Shown here: positions 9,066 through 15,503 of the stretch, one piece after another
Numbering within the stretch: position 1 is the stretch's first letter
Layout of the letters: each line of letters starts with the position of its first letter
Assembly: GCF_002310835.1 (NCBI RefSeq)
Contig: NZ_CP011042.1
Coordinates: forward strand, 510,001-542,000
From: Pseudoalteromonas tetraodonis
GTDB lineage: Bacteria; Pseudomonadota; Gammaproteobacteria; Enterobacterales; Alteromonadaceae
DNA length: 32,000 nucleotides
Direction of reading: 5' to 3'
Position numbers and translations under genes: made by a program
Notes under the pieces: generated by a model
Database searches by the model: none
The model's input: the letters and a program-made list of their open reading frames with translations, nothing else
Told to the model about the DNA's origin: nothing

Positions 9066-9467
9066 ATGTTGAGAAGGATGTCTTTGATATTGCTGGTTTG
9101 TACATTCGGTGCCCATTCAGGTGAGGAGGTACTTTCCATTGATAGAGTTGTACCTAATAGTTTTAATTTAGCCTTTCCAAATGAATCAAACATTCAGCCA
9201 GAGCAGAGTGATTTTAGTGTAAATAATTTTGTATTAATGAGTAATGATTCTGGTGAGCGTTGGGCGGTAGTAACTTTGACTAATATGGCATCAGGTCGAA
9301 GAAGTCTAACTAATAAACACCTAATGGCTATCGTTGCAGACGGGCAACGAATTGCACCATTGGAGTTTTTACAATCATTCAAAGCAGATGAGACACTATC
9401 GTTAACCATCAACTTTGGTGAAAGTAAGTTTCCTTTGCTATCAATCTATTCAAGGTCTGGCAAATAA
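9066..9467 (+). CDS. Secreted hypothetical protein (cassette 6)
   Basis: AGGAGAG lies 5 nt upstream of ATG 9066. Signal peptide MLRRMSLILLVCTFGAHS. No recognisable domain. The track start at 9021 lies inside attC E. Confidence 0.55.
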   Translation: MLRRMSLILLVCTFGAHSGEEVLSIDRVVPNSFNLAFPNESNIQPEQSDFSVNNFVLMSNDSGERWAVVTLTNMASGRRSLTNKHLMAIVADGQRIAPLEFLQSFKADETLSLTINFGESKFPLLSIYSRSGK

Positions 9468-9590
9468 CAAACACATCAAAATGCTCGCAATCTCGCTAGG
9501 ATATCAAAACTACACGGGGATTGAGTTTGGGCTTGGCCAAGTTTAACTAAATCGCCGTTACGTTTTAGCCCTTTATACGGGCTTATTTGC
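9465..9590 (+). repeat. attC-like site F, long, with a decayed 3' core
   Basis: It starts TAACAAACACATC on the stop codon and contains ggcttggccaag and TTTTAGCCctttatacGGGC elements. It ends GGGCTTATTTGC where other sites have GGGCGTTA. Confidence 0.45.
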
Positions 9591-9603
9591 ACAAGGAGGC
9601 AAA

Positions 9604-9990
9604 GTGAATATCAGACATATTTTATTACTCGTTATCATCTTATTTATATCTGGTTGCACCACGTCAGGTCAGCTTTATTATATTGATACTAAAGGTAATG
9701 AGAAACTTGGTTGTGATGTAGAATTTGTAGGTATGCCAAGAGTTGATAAATTTGCTGTTGAATATGCTTTAAGCCTTTGCGCTAAAAGCATTGTCAAAAA
9801 AGGGGGCGTGATTCAGGAAGAACACCTTTTAATGGTTGATACAACCATTCCATTAGCCCCATGTGAAAAGGCTTGGACTCACGAATTAGCTAAGCAACAA
9901 TATCAGGCTAAAAAGTTAACTAAGAAAGAGTATGGCTATATTGTTGCAAATATAGATTTAGGTTTAGCAACGGTCAACAAGTGCACATAA
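9604..9990 (+). CDS. Lipoprotein, unknown function (cassette 7)
   Basis: AAGGAGG then GTG 9604. Lipobox FISGC|TT. Confidence 0.6.
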   Translation: MNIRHILLLVIILFISGCTTSGQLYYIDTKGNEKLGCDVEFVGMPRVDKFAVEYALSLCAKSIVKKGGVIQEEHLLMVDTTIPLAPCEKAWTHELAKQQYQAKKLTKKEYGYIVANIDLGLATVNKCT

Positions 9991-10087
9991 CAGGCGCTTT
10001 GAGCGCGGAACTGCTAACAGTTGACTTAGTTTCGCTTCGTTACACATTTTAGCCAACAATTATCAGCCCATTATCCGGGCTTTAGGT
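9988..10087 (+). repeat. attC-like site G with a mutated 3' core
   Basis: It starts TAACAGGCGC on the stop codon, has an internal ctgctaacagttg / ccaacaattatcag pairing, and ends CCGGGCTTTAGGTT, with TTTAGG in place of GTTAGG. Confidence 0.5.
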
Positions 10088-10118
10088 TTTCATCAAAATA
10101 TGGAGTTTTATTTTAATT

Positions 10119-10508
10119 ATGGAAGAATCAGTTCAAGTCAAAAATAATGAAGATAGTATAGAGAAATCTCGAAGTGTAGAAAAAAATAAAATCCAAAATG
10201 AAACTATTACAACAGAGTTACATTTTGAGTTGTTAAAACAGTATGCATGGCTATCCTCAGCAATAATAGGTGCTGTTGTTATACTTATTCAATTAAAAGT
10301 ACTTACCTTTGGCTCAAAGGTTTATATTCCTTTAGGTTGTTTTTGTTTTTCAATTCTTAACTCTTTAATTGCTCAAGACTATATAGTTGAGTCATTAACA
10401 AAAGGTAAAACTATTTATGATATCTCAAAAAAAGTATATATATTACGCAACTTCTCTATATTTGGTTTAGGGCTTGGCGTAGGATTACTTGCTAATAGCT
10501 TTATTTAG
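10119..10508 (+). CDS. Small membrane protein with a hydrophilic N-terminus and 2-3 TM segments (cassette 8)
   Basis: Hydrophobic stretches (WLSSAIIGAVVILIQL, IPLGCFCFSILNSLI, FSIFGLGLGVGLLA). The start is uncertain because the TGGAG lies 13 nt upstream. Confidence 0.5.
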   Translation: MEESVQVKNNEDSIEKSRSVEKNKIQNETITTELHFELLKQYAWLSSAIIGAVVILIQLKVLTFGSKVYIPLGCFCFSILNSLIAQDYIVESLTKGKTIYDISKKVYILRNFSIFGLGLGVGLLANSFI

Positions 10509-10603
10509 TCAACAAACACATTAAGCAGAATAAAACAGTTGGCTTTTGTTCCTGCGTCTCTAATTTTGCCAACAATTTTATTGCCTCTTTTGGGGCGTTA
10601 AAT
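10507..10603 (+). repeat. attC site H
   Basis: GTCAACAAACACATTAAGCAGAATAAAACAGTTGGC pairs with GCCAACAATTTTATTGCCTCTTTTGGGGCGTTAAAT. The 3' core is GTTAAAT. Confidence 0.7.
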
Positions 10604-10620
10604 ACCTAAATGGAGTTTAG

Positions 10621-10935
10621 ATGAATATTCAAGTTTTTAGACCAAAACAATTTGTGGATATGGCGAGAGACTATAAGTTGTTTGCGGATGACGTAGAAGT
10701 TGCCACTATAAAAAGAGGGGTTACGCAAACAGTAAACATCCCTGATTCAACTAAAAACATTCAAGCGAAAATAGATTGGTGTTCAAGCCAAACTTTTCCT
10801 GTAGCCTCAATTACTGACAAAGGAATTATTATTAAAAATTCTTTTGGTAGTAATATATTCAAATTGCTTTTTTTAACTATTTATTATGTCAGTTTCGGTA
10901 AAAGCAAATACTTATCGGTAACAAACGGTATTTAG
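10621..10935 (+). CDS. Hypothetical 104-aa protein (cassette 9)
   Basis: AAATGGAGT lies 6 nt upstream of ATG 10621. The C-terminus is hydrophobic (IFKLLFLTIYYVSF). No recognisable domain. Confidence 0.5.
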   Translation: MNIQVFRPKQFVDMARDYKLFADDVEVATIKRGVTQTVNIPDSTKNIQAKIDWCSSQTFPVASITDKGIIIKNSFGSNIFKLLFLTIYYVSFGKSKYLSVTNGI

Positions 10936-11029
10936 TAAGAATATTCAAACGAAAAAAAACCGTTGGTTGTTTTCACACTGTTTAATATTTTAGCCAACTA
11001 TTTCAAGTCTGTTTATATTGGCGTTTTAC
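10919..11029 (+). repeat. attC-like site I with a weak 3' core
   Basis: TAACAAACGG lies within the last codons of the ORF. There is an internal cgttggtt / agccaact pairing. It ends TTGGCGTTTTAC. Confidence 0.4.
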
Positions 11030-11044
11030 GAACTAAGGAAAGTT

Positions 11045-12151
11045 ATGATTAAATCAATACTGATAATATTTACATTGTTTTTAGCTAGTCTTGCTACCGC
11101 TGAAGAGTTTACTGATGTGTCTGAGATCACAGAGCGCTTGGAAGATGACATACCAAAGATTTTAGATAAACACAAAGCTCCTGGTGTTGCACTTGCATTT
11201 GTCAATGGAAATAGAGTTCTAGAGTTTCGATCCTATGGTTTTGCCGACGTAGCAGCCAAAACTGAGATTACCCAAAGCACAATGTTTAACGTAGGGTCTA
11301 TTTCTAAGCTGGTTACTGTTTGGGGAGTAATGCAACTTGTAGCTCAAGGCAAAGTCGATTTAGATGCGCCAATAAACCAATACCTCAAACGTTGGCAGAT
11401 CCCTAAGTCTGAGTTTAACGCAAAAAAAGTAACATTGAGAAATATCTTATCTCACACTTCAGGCTTGTCACTTGGCCCATATACAGGCTGGGAGTCTCCA
11501 GAAAAGTTAACATCTATAGTTGACTCACTAAATGGCAATAACAATGGCGCCGGATCTGTTGAACTTATTCATGTGCCCGATACAAAATGGTCTTATTCTG
11601 GTGGTGGGTATTCAGTGGTGCAACTTTTAATTGAAGATGTGTCAGGCATGGCATTTGAAGACTATATGCAGCAATACGTGTTTAAGCCTCTAAATATGAA
11701 GGATTCTACTTTTAACATTACTAAAAAAGTTATCAAAAAGTCGGCAACACCTTACGATAATTCCGGCAAAGTCACGGGCATGGTTTATTTTAATGAGAAA
11801 GCAGCTGCTGGTTTACAGACAACGCCAATAGACTTAGCACGCTTTAATATGGCTGTGTTGCGCAACAACGATGGTGATTATAATGGTTTAGGGTTGCTAC
11901 CAGAAAAATTAATTGATCTGATGATAAAGCCCGCGCCAAACACTAATGGGCGCTGGAGTATGAGCTATGTTGTTGACGCAAAGAATAGCAGTCTTGGCTT
12001 TGCTGGATTTAATCGTGGTTGGGTCTCGCTATCACGCTCTATCACTGACCTTAACTTTGGTTATGTGATTTTAAGTAATAGTAGTATTGGCGCAGTGAAT
12101 AATGACATTGATAGTCTTATCCTTTCTATTGTTAAACAAAGCCATAACTAA
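11045..12151 (+). CDS. Exported serine hydrolase of the beta-lactamase/PBP4* (class C-related) family (cassette 10)
   Basis: AAGGAAAG then ATG 11045. Signal peptide. S-x-x-K nucleophile motif (GSISKLVT), YSGGGY and a typical length of about 370 aa. Confidence 0.75.
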   Translation: MIKSILIIFTLFLASLATAEEFTDVSEITERLEDDIPKILDKHKAPGVALAFVNGNRVLEFRSYGFADVAAKTEITQSTMFNVGSISKLVTVWGVMQLVAQGKVDLDAPINQYLKRWQIPKSEFNAKKVTLRNILSHTSGLSLGPYTGWESPEKLTSIVDSLNGNNNGAGSVELIHVPDTKWSYSGGGYSVVQLLIEDVSGMAFEDYMQQYVFKPLNMKDSTFNITKKVIKKSATPYDNSGKVTGMVYFNEKAAAGLQTTPIDLARFNMAVLRNNDGDYNGLGLLPEKLIDLMIKPAPNTNGRWSMSYVVDAKNSSLGFAGFNRGWVSLSRSITDLNFGYVILSNSSIGAVNNDIDSLILSIVKQSHN

Positions 12152-12262
12152 AATGGATACAACAAAGTATTTCAGCGGGTAAAGCGCTCAATTCGACGAT
12201 AAGTTTGTAGTGGCATAGATAATTTTGCCGCCCATTCAAAAACTAGCATTCGTTTTTTACAT
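12143..12262 (+). repeat. Possible terminal attC remnant J
   Basis: CATAACTAA spans the stop codon, followed by TACAACAAAG and later AATTTTGCCGCCC...CGTTTTTTAC. This resembles the 3' halves of H and I, but the pairing is poor. Confidence 0.3.
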
Positions 12263-12356
12263 ACAGGGTTGTGAAAAAACATACAGAGCTTTTTACTAAG
12301 ACCTTTTATTAAAAACACCGTCTAATGTTAAGCTAACTAAAATTTAGCAACCTAAT

Positions 12357-13325
12357 ATGGCTATGTCTTTTTATCTTCCGTTACTTATCCCGCATTTTCA
12401 ACGTATAGCTATTGGCGAAACCCTAACCTCGCTTTGGAGTGGCTGTGGTCAAATTGTGAAGTGCCAACTTGATGAACAAGCCTGTGTGATTAAAGCGATT
12501 AAAGTACCCGATCATATTAATCACCCTAAAATTAAACAAAGCAGCTTTGCGCTGACTAGGAAGCGTGACTCTTACCACGTTGAATATACGTTTTATCAGC
12601 AATTTAGCCATAAACTGCCCAAGCAAGCGGCAGCTATTGAATGCATTAAAGCAATCAACAAAGGCGATGAATTTGCCTTGGTGTTTAAAGATTTTTCAAA
12701 GCTGGGATACACCCAAGCAACCACCGAGAATATAAAAGCCATATTAAAGTGGTTGGGACAGTTTCATGCCTTTCATTTAAATGCCTTTCATTTAAATACA
12801 AAGTTTGATGGCTTATGGCCGCAAGGAAGCTATTGGCATTTAGATACCCGGCCTGATGAATTTAATAACTTGCCCGAAAAGTCCGATATTAAACAGGCAG
12901 CTACTCAATTAAATAACGCGTTAAAACAATGTGACTACCAAACGTTAATTCATGGTGATGCCAAGCTTGCTAATTTTGCCGCTAATAGCCAAGGGCATAT
13001 ACTCGGTTATGACTTTCAATATGTGGGTGCGGGTGTTGGGGTGGTAGATGTTATGTATTTTATGACCAGTTGTATGGATGATTCTGAGCTTCACAAACAC
13101 GCACAAACTTACCTCGATTATTATTTTAGCCAGTTTAAAAACGCACTCAGTCACTACCAACCAGCAGTGAATGCGGATGACGTTATTGCACAATGGGCTC
13201 ATTTATGGCCGGTGGCGTGGGCAGACTTTTATCGGTTTTTACTTGGGTGGAGCCCCGAGCACAAAAAAATTAACGGCTACATGCAAGCCCAGGTAAATAA
13301 TTGGTTAGCCAGTAACAACTCATAA
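12357..13325 (+). CDS. Kinase-fold phosphotransferase (APH/choline-kinase/EcKinase-like)
   Basis: Catalytic-loop motif HGDAKLANF and a DFG-like YDFQYVG. Length 322 aa. Confidence 0.65.
   Translation: MAMSFYLPLLIPHFQRIAIGETLTSLWSGCGQIVKCQLDEQACVIKAIKVPDHINHPKIKQSSFALTRKRDSYHVEYTFYQQFSHKLPKQAAAIECIKAINKGDEFALVFKDFSKLGYTQATTENIKAILKWLGQFHAFHLNAFHLNTKFDGLWPQGSYWHLDTRPDEFNNLPEKSDIKQAATQLNNALKQCDYQTLIHGDAKLANFAANSQGHILGYDFQYVGAGVGVVDVMYFMTSCMDDSELHKHAQTYLDYYFSQFKNALSHYQPAVNADDVIAQWAHLWPVAWADFYRFLLGWSPEHKKINGYMQAQVNNWLASNNS
12766..12795 (+). repeat. Perfect 15-bp tandem duplication inside the kinase gene
   Basis: atgcctttcatttaa occurs twice back to back (12766-12780 and 12781-12795). It is in frame and gives HAFHLNAFHLN. 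Confidence 0.95.
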
Positions 13326-13393
13326 ACACAAAAAGTTGAACAGTTATGGCTAAATTAAATATTTTGGCACGAACTATGAAATCAGGGCTAAAA

Positions 13394-13440
13394 TTAACAG
13401 TCAAACGGCCTGTTTTAATATAAAATACGTCAAATTTTTT
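13394..13440 (+). promoter_or_regulatory. Candidate upp promoter with a T-tract initially transcribed region
   Basis: TTAACA, a 17-bp spacer, then TAATAT, followed by ACGTCAAATTTTTT. This resembles the E. coli upp leader (CGTCGATTTTTTTT) used for UTP-sensitive start-site selection and reiterative transcription. Confidence 0.4.
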
Positions 13441-13458
13441 ATCACTAGGTTTATTACT

Positions 13459-14091
13459 ATGGCTATTCACGTTATTTCTCACCCCCTTGTTCAACATAAG
13501 TTAGGTTTAATGCGCGCGCATGGAATTAGCACGAAAAGTTTTCGAGAGTTGTGTTCAGAAGTTGGGACATTATTAACTTACGAAGCCACTAAAAACCTAG
13601 AATTAGAAGATAACGAAATTACAGGTTGGGACGGTAATAAACTTAAAGTTGAGCATATTAAAGGTAAAAAAATTACCGTTGTGCCAATTTTACGTGCGGG
13701 CCTTGGGATGATGGACGGCGTAATGCAATTACTCCCAGCAGCTAAAGTGAGTGTAGTGGGGTTAGAGCGTAACGAAGAAACACTTGAGCCAGTACCTTAT
13801 TTTGAAAAGCTAGTAGGTAATATTGATGAGCGTTTGAGCTTAGTGATTGACCCTATGCTGGCTACTGGTGGCTCTATGATCGCCACTATCGATATGCTTA
13901 AAAAAGCGGGCTGTAAAGAAATTAAAGTTATTGTACTGGTTGCTGCGCCTGAGGGCGTTGAAAAAACATTAGCTGCTCACCCAGATGTAGAGATTTTTAC
14001 TGCCTCAGTTGATAGCCACCTTAATGAAAAAGGCTACATTATCCCAGGATTAGGGGATGCAGGTGATAAAATTTTCGGTACGGTTTACTAG
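13459..14091 (+). CDS. upp: Uracil phosphoribosyltransferase
   Basis: Full-length match in style to Upp ([35 protein letters not shown]). Confidence 0.95.
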   Translation: MAIHVISHPLVQHKLGLMRAHGISTKSFRELCSEVGTLLTYEATKNLELEDNEITGWDGNKLKVEHIKGKKITVVPILRAGLGMMDGVMQLLPAAKVSVVGLERNEETLEPVPYFEKLVGNIDERLSLVIDPMLATGGSMIATIDMLKKAGCKEIKVIVLVAAPEGVEKTLAAHPDVEIFTASVDSHLNEKGYIIPGLGDAGDKIFGTVY

Positions 14092-14100
14092 GGTTTAGCA

Positions 14101-15339
14101 GTGCAAAATAATTCTACGTTTTCAATAAAAACCATTTTAACGGGTGCCCAAATGCTATTTGTAGCGTTTGGTGCGCTGGTATTAGTACCTATTTTAACCG
14201 GCCTCGATCCGAGTGTTGCGTTGTTTACCGCAGGTTTAGGTACTTTGTTGTTTCAATTTGTCACTAAAGGCCAAGTGCCTATTTTTTTAGCCTCGTCATT
14301 TGCGTTTATTGCACCCATTATTGCCTCAGTGCAAATGTGGGGCATACCCGCCACTATGGGCGGCTTAATGGCAGCGGGCTTTACTTATATGCTGTTGAGT
14401 TTATTGGTGAAGTTTAAAGGCACAAAAACCTTACATAAAATTTTGCCGCCAATTGTGGTCGGCCCAGTGATTATGGTGATTGGCCTAGCACTCGCGCCAG
14501 CTGCGGTTAATATGGCAATGGGTAAAAGTGGCGATGGTGGTACACAAATTATTGCCTACGACAGTGCCATTATTATTTCTATGTTCTCATTACTAGTAAC
14601 TTTATTGTTTGCCGTGTGGGGCAAAGGAGTATTTAAACTGATCCCAATTTTAGCCGGTGTTGTTGCCGGTTACACGCTTTCGTTATTTATGGGTGTAGTG
14701 CAGTTTGAAACAGTCAGTAATGCACAGTGGTTGGCAGTGCCTAACTTTGTACTGCCAGAGTTTAAATGGCAAGCAATTTTGTTTATGGTGCCGGTGGCAA
14801 TTGCGCCTGCTATTGAACACATTGGTGACATGATGGCAATTAGCCAAGTTACAAAAAAAGACTATTTGAAAAAGCCAGGGCTACATCGCACTTTATTTGG
14901 TGATGGGTTAGCCACGTCTGCTGCATCATTATTTGGCGGCCCACCTAACACCACTTACTCAGAGGTAACCGGTGCGGTAATGCTAACTAAAAACTTTAAC
15001 CCTAAAGTGATGATGTGGACTGCCATTATTGCAATTTGTTTAGCGTTTGTGGCTAAAATGGGCGCGGGTTTGCAAACCATTCCGGTCCCTGTAATGGGCG
15101 GCATAATGATTTTATTATTTGGCTCTATTGCCGTTATTGGCTTAAATACCTTAGTTAAATCGGGCGATGACTTAAGCGAACCACGCAATTTAAGTATTGT
15201 GGCGCTTATTTTAATTTGCGGTATTGGTGGTATGCACATTGGTAGCAGCCAGTTCAGCCTTGAAGGTGTGAGCTTATGCGCTGTTTTAGGCATAGTATTA
15301 AATTTAGTATTCCCAAAAGCACAGAGCAACGAGAATTAA
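14101..15339 (+). CDS. uraA: Uracil permease (NCS2 family)
   Basis: 12-TM NCS2-type sequence (FGATV-like FGALVLVPIL, TYSEVTGAV) lying directly downstream of upp, as in the E. coli upp-uraA operon. GTG start. Confidence 0.9.
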   Translation: MQNNSTFSIKTILTGAQMLFVAFGALVLVPILTGLDPSVALFTAGLGTLLFQFVTKGQVPIFLASSFAFIAPIIASVQMWGIPATMGGLMAAGFTYMLLSLLVKFKGTKTLHKILPPIVVGPVIMVIGLALAPAAVNMAMGKSGDGGTQIIAYDSAIIISMFSLLVTLLFAVWGKGVFKLIPILAGVVAGYTLSLFMGVVQFETVSNAQWLAVPNFVLPEFKWQAILFMVPVAIAPAIEHIGDMMAISQVTKKDYLKKPGLHRTLFGDGLATSAASLFGGPPNTTYSEVTGAVMLTKNFNPKVMMWTAIIAICLAFVAKMGAGLQTIPVPVMGGIMILLFGSIAVIGLNTLVKSGDDLSEPRNLSIVALILICGIGGMHIGSSQFSLEGVSLCAVLGIVLNLVFPKAQSNEN

Positions 15340-15371
15340 ATTTGCACTGTGGTTAAAAATATTGCACCAAA

Positions 15372-15400
15372 AAAGCGCATTTTAAATGCGCTTTTTTTTT
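15372..15400 (+). terminator. Rho-independent terminator of upp-uraA
   Basis: aaagcgcat-tttaa-atgcgcttttttttt. Confidence 0.85.
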
Positions 15401-15503
15401 AACCTACTAAAAAGTAACAATAAATAATATTGGTCTAGTAACTGCATTTCCTTATTCATACCCTATAGTTGAATCAGGGATTGTTATATTGGAGGCCAAT
15501 AGT

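Larger units (their letters stand above)
6053..12262 (+). mobile_element. Integron-type gene-cassette array with about 10 cassettes; no integrase in the window (CALIN-like)
   Basis: Ten same-strand single ORFs are each followed by an imperfect palindrome. The palindrome has a 5' (T)AACAA core that usually overlaps the stop codon and a 3' GCGTTAGG-like core. The array is visibly more AT-rich than the flanking fadE and upp. No tyrosine-recombinase-like ORF is present in any frame of the window. Confidence 0.75.

Noticed and set aside
6368-12262. Regularly spaced repeats that could be mistaken for a CRISPR array
   Set aside because: The spacing is gene-sized (0.4-1.2 kb). The repeats are 90-125 bp, internally palindromic and divergent in sequence. 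The intervening segments carry RBS-preceded ORFs. This is attC/cassette architecture, not CRISPR.
12357-13458. The kinase-fold gene as an eleventh cassette
   Set aside because: The sequence downstream of its stop (CATAAACACAAAAAG...) has no convincing palindrome or GTTRRRY core. The gene is also less AT-rich than the cassettes. I treat it as flanking chromosome, with low certainty.
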